This document shows, piece by piece, positions 8,704-17,745 of a stretch of 64,000 nt of DNA. A program made the position numbers and the translations under genes. This stretch comes from an uncultured Clostridia bacterium (GTDB lineage Bacteria > Bacillota > Clostridia > Christensenellales > UBA1242), in NCBI GenBank assembly GCA_944381215.1, contig CALWKF010000004.1, positions 24,657-88,656 of the forward strand, read 5' to 3'. Under the pieces are notes generated by a model. That model was not told where the DNA came from, did no database searches, and was given only the letters and a program-made list of their open reading frames with translations. The first letter of the stretch is position 1. Every line of letters begins with the position of its first letter.

Positions 8704-10194
8704 ATGAAGAAAATTAAGAACAAGTATGTTCGCAATATAGTTATGCCCGAGTTTGAAGAAATTGTGTGTAACTATGTCGATGAGGGGTTGTTAAAGGGGC
8801 GTTTTGGGATGAAGCCTGTGCTTTATTACAATGGGCCTCGCATCTCAAGATTGGAATTTTTACCCGAATTTTATGCCGTATATAATAGACCTTCTAAAAA
8901 GACTTCTCATCAGTTTGAAGTACACGACAAAGTCAAGCAAGATTATTTTGCTTGTATGGTGTATGTGAATTCAGATGACCTAAATAAAGTTTTGGAGACA
9001 ATCGGCTATTCGACAGAGAGAGCGCGTAGATTGCGCAATACGGATAATATTTACAATATTTTTAAGCTTAATTATTATGGTGAGCAACGCAATGTCGACC
9101 TTGTGCCGTTTGCTTTGGTGCAAAAGGATACGGTGCTTGAAAATGTGCTCGAGACTGCGCTAGATAGAATTAGTTTAGAGAACGATATGCGGGTTACATG
9201 CATTCCTGTGATTCGGGAGACTAACGAGGGGAAAACCACATTTTTGGAGTTAAATGCGGATATTTCTAGACTTTATCATGATTTTGAAACTATTAATTTT
9301 GAAAAGATAAAGAGGCAACTTTATCTTAGCACATTGTTAGCCTTTCCCACATCGGCACATATTATATTACTGCAGGCGGATGGCACTGATTTGAGCAAGT
9401 CAAGGGACTTTCAACGGGCCATCGATTCATACTTAAGAAAGCCTTTTCCCAGTAAGTATGAAAAGTCAATGATGAGTTATGCAAACGTTGAGCCAATTTA
9501 TAAGGACTCTGCGTCTAGGCCTAAGCCTTTTCAAAAGTCTATAGCCAATGCATATGATTATTCTACGGCGGTAGCTAAGGTGACTATCGATGATAGGGAG
9601 TATCGCACGATGCTATACTATATGGACAAGCGTCGTAGCAAGGCTGGCGTGTCGATTGAGAGCAATATTCAAAAGAAATTTAATACAAAGGTAACCCGCG
9701 CGCCTGTTTGTGAAACGGGACAGGTGTATCAAGAGGTCGGTATAGCAGTTAAGTACCAAGATAGTATAGAATTTGCTAACAAACTGCCGTGGATGCATCT
9801 TTTTTGGCATAATCTTGGACTTGATAAGTATGCAGATTATTTATATTACCGCAATTATTACAATGAGTTATGCGACCCAAAGCAAACTCCATTTATGCTG
9901 GTGCGCAAAGATTATGACAGTGCCGAAATGGCGCAACTGTTGCAAAGTTTAAAGCAAAAATACAATTTTAATTATAAAGTCCACAGGGTAGACAGAGTTG
10001 TAAAGGGTGACTTAGGTAAATTTACCGAAATTAGTTTGCGCTGGTTTACCGACGATACAAATGCTCGGTCGTACTTTGCAAGTTTTGAAAACAGCCTGCC
10101 GATTTTGAAGAATATCGAGGAGGCTACAAAGGAAAAATGCGAGCAGAATGGAGTGGAGTATTACCCGATTTACGCAAATGGACAACTAAAATAA
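8704..10194 (+). CDS. Hypothetical protein with an internal duplication
   Basis: RBS AAAGGAAG precedes the ATG. The two halves share segments such as NYYGEQRNVDLVPFALVQKD and NYYNELCDPKQTPFMLVRKD. No family recognised. Confidence 0.7.
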   Translation: MKKIKNKYVRNIVMPEFEEIVCNYVDEGLLKGRFGMKPVLYYNGPRISRLEFLPEFYAVYNRPSKKTSHQFEVHDKVKQDYFACMVYVNSDDLNKVLETIGYSTERARRLRNTDNIYNIFKLNYYGEQRNVDLVPFALVQKDTVLENVLETALDRISLENDMRVTCIPVIRETNEGKTTFLELNADISRLYHDFETINFEKIKRQLYLSTLLAFPTSAHIILLQADGTDLSKSRDFQRAIDSYLRKPFPSKYEKSMMSYANVEPIYKDSASRPKPFQKSIANAYDYSTAVAKVTIDDREYRTMLYYMDKRRSKAGVSIESNIQKKFNTKVTRAPVCETGQVYQEVGIAVKYQDSIEFANKLPWMHLFWHNLGLDKYADYLYYRNYYNELCDPKQTPFMLVRKDYDSAEMAQLLQSLKQKYNFNYKVHRVDRVVKGDLGKFTEISLRWFTDDTNARSYFASFENSLPILKNIEEATKEKCEQNGVEYYPIYANGQLK

Positions 10195-10240
10195 TATGCA
10201 AATTATATTTTATAATAAAAACTAAAATACTATTCTAATT

Positions 10241-10278
10241 AAAAAACAACCCCATTTTATACAAATGGGGTTGTTTTT
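10241..10278. terminator. Bidirectional terminator between the 8704 gene and glpK
   Basis: A 12-bp stem AACAACCCCATT/AATGGGGTTGTT is flanked by an A-run and a T-run. Confidence 0.8.
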
Positions 10279-10415
10279 ATATATTGAAAGGAGAGAATGA
10301 ATTTATTGTTAACTCGGCTCTTTTTTTGCAATTTTTTATTAATTTTTGTTATTTTTCACATTTTTGTGCGTTTTTTTATTATTTTTTCGTGATTTTTTAT
10401 TATTTTTTGTGTTTT

Positions 10416-11885
10416 TTATAGTTTTTCGATGAGTTTGAGCCATTCTTGGTAGTTGTTTTCGCGCTTGATGTCGTGGGCGGTGGGGCGGTAAATTTTTGCG
10501 CTTTCGTAGAGGTTGTTTAGGTCGCGCATAGACTTAAACGCGCCGAAGCACAGCCCCGCCATATAGCACGCGCCGAGGCTAGTCGACTCGGTCACTTTGG
10601 ACACTGCCACAGGGAAGTGCATTATGTCGCTCTGGAATTGCATAAGTAGACTATTCTTGGTCATCCCGCCATCGACTCGCATTTGCTTTTCGCTCACGGG
10701 GAAACTTTCTTGCATACAGTCAAACACCGCACGAGTGTTGTAGGTAATGCCTCGCAACACCGCCCGCACAATGTGTGCCGAAGTTGACGCGAGCGTTATG
10801 CCCGCAAACTGTGCCCGAGCGTTACTCTTCCAAAAAGGCGCACCGAGGCCCGAAAGTGCTGGGATGAAGAACACTCCACCAGTGTCGGGGACACTGCCTG
10901 CTAACGTCTCGCTCTCGCCAGGGGAGTCGATGAGCTTAAACTGGTCTTGTAGCCAGTTGATACACGAGCCCGCCGAGTACATATTGCCCTCCAAGGCATA
11001 CGCAACACCCTCTTTTGTCCTCCAAGCCACGGTCGTGATTAGCTGGTCGTGTAGAATGGGGGTGCTACCTATGTTTGCCAGCATAAAGGCGCCCGTGCCA
11101 AAAGTGGTCTTGAAGTCGCCCTTGTTTATGCAGTTTTGCCCCAAAAGCGAGGCCTGCTGGTCGCCAATAAGCCCGCCGATTGATAACTTCTTGCCCGCAA
11201 TTACGCAATCGCCGATATACTCATCACAATTTACAATATTAGGGAGCGCATTCATAGGTACGCCGAAAAACTCGCACAGTTCGGGGTCCCAGTTTTGCGA
11301 TTTGAGGTTGTAGAGCAAGGTCCTGCTCGCGTTCGAATGGTCGGTGACAAATTTTGCGCCGTTTGTGAGGCAGAATATTAGGTAACTGTCGAGCGTGCCG
11401 AGGCAAAGCCTGCCATTTTCACTTGCTTTTTTCACGGCCTTTGAATTGTTCAACAGCCACGACATCTTGGTCGCGCTAAAATAAGGGTCGATGCGCAGGC
11501 CCGTGCGCTTGTGAATCATCGAGGCGGTGCGTTTATCTTTCTGCAACTCCTCGCAGTACTCAAAGGTGCGCCGACACTGCCACACGATCGCGCGCTCGTA
11601 GGGCTTGCCCGTTTCGCGGTCCCATGCAACGGTCGTCTCGCGCTGGTTCGTAATACCTACGCCGTAGATTTCCTCGGCATCTAGGTCCGCAATCGTACGC
11701 TTCAAGCACTCGACAATCGCCGCGACAATCTCGACTGCATCTTGCTCCACCCAGCCAGGGTGCGGGTAAAATTGGCTGATTTTCTTTTGAAAAATGTTGA
11801 ACTGCTCGTGCGCCACTACGTTATATGCAAGGGTGCGTACCGAAGTCGTGCCCATGTCTATGGCAATTATATATTTTTTGTCCAT
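10416..11885 (-). CDS. glpK: Glycerol kinase
   Basis: The 489-aa product aligns by eye along its length to FGGY-family glycerol kinases (IIAIDMGTTSVR..., GITNQRETTVAWD, WLLNN, GDQQASLLGQ, TFGTGAFM, GGMTKN). Confidence 0.95.
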   Translation of the reverse strand: MDKKYIIAIDMGTTSVRTLAYNVVAHEQFNIFQKKISQFYPHPGWVEQDAVEIVAAIVECLKRTIADLDAEEIYGVGITNQRETTVAWDRETGKPYERAIVWQCRRTFEYCEELQKDKRTASMIHKRTGLRIDPYFSATKMSWLLNNSKAVKKASENGRLCLGTLDSYLIFCLTNGAKFVTDHSNASRTLLYNLKSQNWDPELCEFFGVPMNALPNIVNCDEYIGDCVIAGKKLSIGGLIGDQQASLLGQNCINKGDFKTTFGTGAFMLANIGSTPILHDQLITTVAWRTKEGVAYALEGNMYSAGSCINWLQDQFKLIDSPGESETLAGSVPDTGGVFFIPALSGLGAPFWKSNARAQFAGITLASTSAHIVRAVLRGITYNTRAVFDCMQESFPVSEKQMRVDGGMTKNSLLMQFQSDIMHFPVAVSKVTESTSLGACYMAGLCFGAFKSMRDLNNLYESAKIYRPTAHDIKRENNYQEWLKLIEKL

Positions 11886-11972
11886 TCTAACCCCCGTTTT
11901 TTAATAAATTTGTAATAATTATAGCAAAATAAACGAATTTTTACAAACAATTATATAAAGTTTGATATTTAT

Positions 11973-12001
11973 TTGACTTTAAAATGAATAAATTTTAAAA
12001 T
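11973..12001 (+). promoter_or_regulatory. Putative promoter for the G3P dehydrogenase-like gene
   Basis: TTGACT, a 17-nt spacer, then TAAAAT, about 25 nt upstream of the RBS GAAGGGGG. Confidence 0.45.
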
Positions 12002-12025
12002 GATAATATACAGAAGGGGGAAAAT

Positions 12026-13432
12026 ATGGAGGAATTTCAAGTAGCAATTATCGGTGGCGGAATTGTGGGGGCTTGCGTCTTTTCAGAACTTACGAGAAAG
12101 GGCGTCGATTGCGTACTCTTGGAGGCGGGGAACGACGTCTCAAACGGCAGTACAAAGGCGAACAGCGGTATCGTGCACGCGGGTTATGACCCGATTCCAA
12201 ACACGTTAAAAGCACGCTTTAACATCCGCGGAAACCAACTTTATCCAGCGATGTGCGCGAGACTCAAAATCGACATTTTGCAGTGCGGGACCTTGGTGGT
12301 AACCGACCGCGAGAATTTAAGCGGGCTCGAGGAACTCTTCAACCGCGGGCTCGAGAATGGGGTCCAAGGCATGCGTATTATCGAGCGCGAGGAGTTGCAC
12401 GAAATGGAGCCGAACCTTGCCGAAACAATAGAGTACGGCCTTTTTGCGCCGACGGGGGCAGTGATTTCGCCGTACTTAACTTGCATCGCGCTTTGTGAAG
12501 AGGGCGTGGTGAACGGTGGCAAGGTTTACACCAATTTTCGCGTGGACAAAATCGCAAAGTCTGGCGATATTTACGAGATTTTTGCGCAAGATAAAAGTGT
12601 GCGGGCAAAATTTATTGTAAACTGCGCTGGGGTCGGCGCGAATGAAATTAACGCGCTAGTTGGCGCACCCGTTGCCGAAATGAAGTATGTAAAGGGCGAG
12701 TACTTGCTACTGGATAAGTCGCAAAACGGCTTTGTCCACCGCCCTATTTTCCCGCTACCTACAAAGGCTGGTAAAGGTATCCTAGCACTACCCACACTGC
12801 ACGGGAACATAATGCTGGGGCCCACCGCGATTCCATGCGAGGCGAACGACACGACCGTCGATGCAGAAGGTATTAGACAAATCAAGGAAAAGGTCGAACT
12901 CTCCGTAAAAAGGCCAAACTACAAGAAAGTTATCAAACTTTTCGCTGGTGTGCGCGTGATTTCGGGCGATGACTTTATCGTCGAACAGATGCCAGACACC
13001 CATTACTACTACACCTTGGGCATTTGCTCTCCAGGGCTAACTGCTGCGCCCGCGATTGCGGAATATTTGGTAAATTTAATGCTCGAGGATGGGCTCGAGT
13101 GCAAGCCTCACACCTTTGTGGCTAGAAAACCCTACGTATGCACCGAGACTATGAGCAAAAAAGCATTAAAAGAGTTGATAAAATCTAACCCCGCATACGG
13201 AAAAATCGTGTGCAGGTGCGAGCGCATCACTGAGGGCGAAATAATAGATGCCATCAACTCGCCACTGAATCCCACCGATGTCGACGCAATCAAGCGTCGC
13301 GTTCGGCCTACAATGGGGCGGTGTCAAGGTGGCTTCTGCTTGCCCAAAGTTATCAAAATTATTTCGGAGCAGTGTGGCATCCCAGTTGAAAAAGTTTGTC
13401 TAAACGACAAGGGTAGCGAAATACTAAAATAA
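12026..13432 (+). CDS. FAD-dependent glycerol-3-phosphate dehydrogenase/oxidase-like oxidoreductase with a C-terminal BFD-like [2Fe-2S] domain
   Basis: N-terminal dinucleotide fold VAIIGGGIVGACV. C-terminal Cys motif CRCERITEGEI...MGRCQGGFC. It is divergent from glpK. Confidence 0.8.
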   Translation: MEEFQVAIIGGGIVGACVFSELTRKGVDCVLLEAGNDVSNGSTKANSGIVHAGYDPIPNTLKARFNIRGNQLYPAMCARLKIDILQCGTLVVTDRENLSGLEELFNRGLENGVQGMRIIEREELHEMEPNLAETIEYGLFAPTGAVISPYLTCIALCEEGVVNGGKVYTNFRVDKIAKSGDIYEIFAQDKSVRAKFIVNCAGVGANEINALVGAPVAEMKYVKGEYLLLDKSQNGFVHRPIFPLPTKAGKGILALPTLHGNIMLGPTAIPCEANDTTVDAEGIRQIKEKVELSVKRPNYKKVIKLFAGVRVISGDDFIVEQMPDTHYYYTLGICSPGLTAAPAIAEYLVNLMLEDGLECKPHTFVARKPYVCTETMSKKALKELIKSNPAYGKIVCRCERITEGEIIDAINSPLNPTDVDAIKRRVRPTMGRCQGGFCLPKVIKIISEQCGIPVEKVCLNDKGSEILK

Positions 13433-13440
13433 CCACCACT

Positions 13441-13830
13441 TTATAAAATATTGCGGTTAAATTTTAAAATAAATCGAAAAATTATAAAAAATCGCAAAAA
13501 ATCATAAAAAATAGCAAAAAAACGGTAAAAAACTCAAAAAATACGAAAAATAATAAAAAAATCATCGAAAAGTAAAAGCCTAAAAAATGCCCAAAAATTA
13601 TAAAATAATAGAATTTTTTATAAAAAATGCTCGATTTTTAGAGGAAAAATTTTAAGAATAGCAAAATAAAATTAAAAAAACAAAAATTTATCGAATAACA
13701 ACTAAAAATTATCGAAAAAACATTAAAAACGGCGAAAAATTGCGAAAAAACAGCAAAAATATTAAAAAAAGTGGTAAAAATAGAAAAAATGAGAGCGAAA
13801 ATCGCTCTCTCCAAACAGGACAAAATGTCC
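13441..13830. repeat. Phased A-tract array (about 10-bp period)
   Basis: From about 13471 to 13600, and again about 13711 to 13800, each consecutive 10-nt block ends in A4-A7 (aaatcgaaaa attataaaaa atcgcaaaaa atcataaaaa atagcaaaaa ...). Confidence 0.9.
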
Positions 13831-13931
13831 AGAACACCTAATTTCTTAGGATAAATATATTATACCACAATTTCACAAATTGGCAATAGTTTAGATTTAA
13901 ATTACAATAAATTAACAAAATAGGAGAAAAT

Positions 13932-15179
13932 ATGTACAAGACCGATGTAGTTATCATTGGTGGCGGACCTTGTGGGCTCGCTGCGGCGACAGGGGTGAGC
14001 AAATCTGGGGCGAAGGCCTTAATTCTCGAGCGCGACGAGAGACTAGGGGGTATTCTCACTCAGTGCATTCACAATGGCTTTGGCTTGCACCTATTTAACG
14101 AGGAGTTGACGGGCCCCGAGTACGCGGAACGTTGGAAAGCGCGCGTGGCTGGGGACAAAAATATTTCGGTACTACTTAACACCTTTTGCTATTCGATTGA
14201 GAGGCGAGGTGCGGACTTTTTGGTAACCGCTAGCAATGCCGAGGGTCTTGTCGAGGTCGAGGCAAAAGCGGTCGTAATGGCGTTAGGGTGTCGCGAAAAA
14301 CCTGCGGGCGCAATCTCGCTTGGTGGCACCCGTCCCGCTGGTATTTTTTCAGCGGGTTGCGCGCAAAAACTAATTAATGTCGAGGGCAGACGCGTTGGCA
14401 ACAATGTGGTGATTTTGGGCTCGGGCGATATCGGGCTGATTATGGCGCGTAGGCTCGTGTGCGAGGGCGCAAAGGTCTTGGGCGTGTACGAAATTATGTC
14501 CAATAGTGGCGGGCTAGCTAGGAACATCACGCAGTGTTTAAAGGACTTTAACATCCCTCTATATTTGAGCACCACCGTTACTCGCGTGGCGGGGAAAAAG
14601 AGGCTAGAAGGGGTGTATGTCGCGCCCGTAAACGAAAAATTACAGCCGATTCTCGAACTAGAAAAGTTTATTCCGTGCGATACTCTGCTACTGTCTGTTG
14701 GACTACTTCCCGAGGTCGAGATTGCGGGCGGGTTGGGGCTCGAATTTAACCCAGTAACTAACTCCTACACGGTCGACGAATACTACTCGACCTCTATACC
14801 AGGCCTATTTTGTGCGGGGAATGTCTTGCACGTAAATGACCTTGTGGACAACGTGTCTGCTGAAGGCGAACTTGCTGGCGAGTTTGCGGGGAAATTTGCA
14901 AAGTCGGGTCTCGATATGAGCAACAAAATCGAGATTACTCACGACGAGCACATCAAGTACACCGCGCCAAAATACGTGTACAATAATCACACGGGTACTT
15001 TAAAGGTGTCTTTCCGCGTCGATAAAAACTACCGCCGTGTAATCATCCGCGCGATGTCGGGCGGAGCCGAGATTTCAAAGCGTCCAGCCCCCGCAATCAC
15101 CGCTGGCGAGATGCAGACCCTAATCATAGACAAGTCTAAAATTATAAACGGCCTCCACCTCGAAATCGATGTTTTATAG
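13932..15179 (+). CDS. Pyridine nucleotide-disulfide (FAD/NAD(P)-binding) oxidoreductase, partner of the G3P dehydrogenase-like protein
   Basis: RBS TAGGAG precedes the ATG. Two Rossmann motifs are present (VVIIGGGPCGLAAA and VVILGSGDIGL). Confidence 0.75.
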   Translation: MYKTDVVIIGGGPCGLAAATGVSKSGAKALILERDERLGGILTQCIHNGFGLHLFNEELTGPEYAERWKARVAGDKNISVLLNTFCYSIERRGADFLVTASNAEGLVEVEAKAVVMALGCREKPAGAISLGGTRPAGIFSAGCAQKLINVEGRRVGNNVVILGSGDIGLIMARRLVCEGAKVLGVYEIMSNSGGLARNITQCLKDFNIPLYLSTTVTRVAGKKRLEGVYVAPVNEKLQPILELEKFIPCDTLLLSVGLLPEVEIAGGLGLEFNPVTNSYTVDEYYSTSIPGLFCAGNVLHVNDLVDNVSAEGELAGEFAGKFAKSGLDMSNKIEITHDEHIKYTAPKYVYNNHTGTLKVSFRVDKNYRRVIIRAMSGGAEISKRPAPAITAGEMQTLIIDKSKIINGLHLEIDVL

Positions 15180-15237
15180 CGAAAAATCGTGAAAAAATGC
15201 GAAATTTTGCGTATTTTTTCGATATATTTAAATTACT

Positions 15238-15570
15238 TGCGGCTGGCGCGAGGACATACTTTTCTAATTGAAGTAATCACTTGCGCGCCAGACTTCCCGC
15301 AAGCGGAAAGGCATCCTGAGTGTCGACCCGCGTTAGCCCTTAGACAAAGGATCTCATCCCTGCCGCTTTTTTCTATTATTATTTACGGTTTGTTGGACAA
15401 AATTTTTTAGAGGATGGAATGAGATTCTTCGTCTCAGGCTCTGTAAGCAGGGCTCAGAATGACCAAGTGATTAGTATGGTTTGCTTACCGTGTGTGCGAC
15501 TTTGCACCGAGGGGCGGGCTCAGAATGACTAATATAAACCACTTTGGGCTAGCGTGCGTAGATTCTGTCT
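15238..15570. repeat. Mosaic intergenic repeat locus R2
   Basis: Composite copy (reverse orientation) at 15241-15366. A-module at 15414-15463. GTGTGCGACTTTGCACCGAGGGGCGGGCTCAGAATGAC at 15492-15529. Confidence 0.9.
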
Positions 15571-15645
15571 ATACAATTTTATTAAATTTGGCGGGCGCGT
15601 TAGGTCTTTTATATGTAGTATATGTAGATTACTATATTTTTATAA

Positions 15646-16449
15646 TTGTTAGCCCTATTTAAAAGGCGCAAAAAAACAAAAGGATACGAGGTGGACCGAG
15701 TGGACAAAGCAAAACCGAGTGTGTGGAAATGGTACGAAATTGTCTTTTTGTGCCTCAGTTTTGTGGTGCTAATTGTGTGCTTTTTCGTGGCGGAAAATAA
15801 GAATTATTTGGCACTAATCAGCTCGCTAACTACCGTTTTTTATGTCGCGACTGCGTCAAAAGGGCTATTTTGGTCGCCCTTTGCAAATGTTGTGTGTTTG
15901 GTGTTTTATGTCTGGGTGTCCGCAACCCAAGGTTTTTGGGGCGAGGTCATCCGCGACGGAGGTCTACTGTTACCCCTCGCGATTGTGGCGTGCTTTCGCT
16001 GGGTCAAAAATCGGGACAAGCACAACGACCAAATCGTGCGCGTACACGAGATAAAGTGGCAGGAATACCTAATTTCTTTTATCGTGTGCGCAGTGGGGGC
16101 TGTTGGTGTGTACTTTTTACTTGACTACCTCGGTACCAACCAAGTCATACTCAACACAATCACCTTTTCGCTCGCCGTGTTGGCAACCTATCTACTATAC
16201 CGACGTAGCCAGTGGTATGCGATTTTGTTTCTAGTGAATAATGTAGTTACAATTGTTTTGTGGGCGTTGACAATCGAGTCTGCGGGGCTTGAATACTTGT
16301 CTGTTATGGTGTCCTATGTAATCTTGTTTATTTTGAACCTTTACGGCCTCTTTGTTTGGTACCACAATGCCCGCACTCAGCACACCCAAGACACCGCCGA
16401 CCGCAAAGCCCGCTATGCTCGCGCCCTCAACTCTAAAAAAGACCAGTAG
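15646..16449 (+). CDS. pnuC: Probable PnuC-type nicotinamide riboside transporter (start uncertain)
   Basis: Polytopic membrane protein of PnuC size. It has W/N-rich helices (WYAILFLVNNVVTIVLW, LYGLFVWYHN) typical of PnuC. The ORF-track start is TTG, and an alternative GTG lies about 45 nt downstream. Confidence 0.5.
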   Translation: MLALFKRRKKTKGYEVDRVDKAKPSVWKWYEIVFLCLSFVVLIVCFFVAENKNYLALISSLTTVFYVATASKGLFWSPFANVVCLVFYVWVSATQGFWGEVIRDGGLLLPLAIVACFRWVKNRDKHNDQIVRVHEIKWQEYLISFIVCAVGAVGVYFLLDYLGTNQVILNTITFSLAVLATYLLYRRSQWYAILFLVNNVVTIVLWALTIESAGLEYLSVMVSYVILFILNLYGLFVWYHNARTQHTQDTADRKARYARALNSKKDQ

Positions 16450-16657
16450 CGCACTATCAAATTACAAACTTAATACTATGAAGTAATCACAATATGCAAA
16501 AAGTTGATTTTAATTATTTTAATAGAGGAAAAAATGAAGAAAATATTAACTATTAATAAATACGAGTGGATTTTTTCAAATTTATCAATTTTAGTGGCAG
16601 TTTAGGCCACTTTTTTGTTTTTAAGTGGGAAATAATTAAAAATTTCGGCGCAGAAGT

Positions 16658-16686
16658 TTGAAAAAAGCGAATATCTATGCTATAAT
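16658..16686 (+). promoter_or_regulatory. Consensus extended -10 promoter for the SPFH operon
   Basis: TTGAAA (16658-16663), a 17-nt spacer, then TGc-TATAAT (16681-16686). Confidence 0.7.
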
Positions 16687-16716
16687 AATATTAAAATACA
16701 GTCAAAGGAGAATACT

Positions 16717-17745
16717 ATGGGTATTTTAAAGAATATCGAATGGACCGATACCAACAGCAATTTGATTGTCTGGAAGTATCCCGTCACAAAAGACCACGTC
16801 AACAAAGGCTCCGCTCTAACCGTTCGCGAGAGCCAAGTTGCAATTTTTATCGACAAGGGTCGACTTGCCGACGTTTTCTTGCCTGGGTTTTATAAACTGG
16901 ACACCAACAACATGCCAGTGCTCACAAAACTAATGTCGTGGAAGTACGGCTTTGAAACTCCGTTTAAGTCCGACATCTATTTTGTAAATACAAAGCAGTT
17001 TACCAATCAAAAGTGGGGCACTGTAAACCCGATTTTGGTGCGTGACAAGGACTATGGCGCCGTGCGTATTCGCGGGTTCGGTAACTACTCATTTAGGGTA
17101 AAGGACGCGTACGTGTTTATGGAAAATCTATCTGGCACGCACACGAGTTTTGAGACAACCCAAATCACCGACTACTTGCGTAGCATGGTAGTGTCTGGCA
17201 TTTCGGACGCCATTGGCGAGAGCAAAGTCCCAGTATTAGACATGGCCGCAAACCTTCAAGAGTTATCTCGCATTGTGCAGGAAAAAGAGACTACGGAATT
17301 CGAGAAAATCGGCTTGGAGCTCACTAACTTCGTGTTCGAGAGTTTCTCGCTACCTGAGGAACTGGAAAAGGCACTCGACAAGAACACTAGCCTCGGTATG
17401 ATGCGCGGGAACATGGACGTTTACACGCAAATGGAGACCTTGGCTGCTATGAAAGAGGCTGCGAAAAACCCAGGCGCTGCTGGTGGCACAATGGGTGCTG
17501 GCATGGGGCTCGGCATGGGTATGGGACTCGGTAATATGTTTGCAAACAATATGAATCAAATGCAGGCAAACAGCCAGCCAGTTGCTAACGGAAAGTTTTG
17601 CCCAAGCTGTGGCGCGCAACTTTCAGGCAACCCTAAATTCTGTCCCGAGTGCGGGCAAAATCTCAAGCCCACTTGTCCAAACTGTGGTGCCGAGGTCAAG
17701 GCCAATGCGAAGTTCTGTCCTGAATGCGGAACAAAACTGAAATAA
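16717..17745 (+). CDS. SPFH/Band-7 family protein with C-terminal double zinc ribbons (YdjI-like)
   Basis: The N-terminal region (IEWTDTNSNLIVWKYP...ESQVAIFIDKG...VRIRGFGNYSF) resembles B. subtilis YdjI-type SPFH proteins. The C-terminus has CPSCG..CPECG and CPNCG..CPECG. Confidence 0.75.
   Translation: MGILKNIEWTDTNSNLIVWKYPVTKDHVNKGSALTVRESQVAIFIDKGRLADVFLPGFYKLDTNNMPVLTKLMSWKYGFETPFKSDIYFVNTKQFTNQKWGTVNPILVRDKDYGAVRIRGFGNYSFRVKDAYVFMENLSGTHTSFETTQITDYLRSMVVSGISDAIGESKVPVLDMAANLQELSRIVQEKETTEFEKIGLELTNFVFESFSLPEELEKALDKNTSLGMMRGNMDVYTQMETLAAMKEAAKNPGAAGGTMGAGMGLGMGMGLGNMFANNMNQMQANSQPVANGKFCPSCGAQLSGNPKFCPECGQNLKPTCPNCGAEVKANAKFCPECGTKLK

Noticed and set aside
10747-11313. 188-aa ORF antisense to glpK
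   Set aside because: glpK is unambiguous on the minus strand, and the antisense product has no features.
13638-13823. 61-aa minus-strand ORF inside the A-tract array
   Set aside because: The translation is pure F/I/N/L low-complexity sequence produced by T-tracts. There is no RBS, and it lies in periodic non-coding satellite.
15189-15410. 73-aa ORF overlapping mosaic repeat locus R2
   Set aside because: It runs straight through repeat modules that occur in both orientations elsewhere. There is no RBS.
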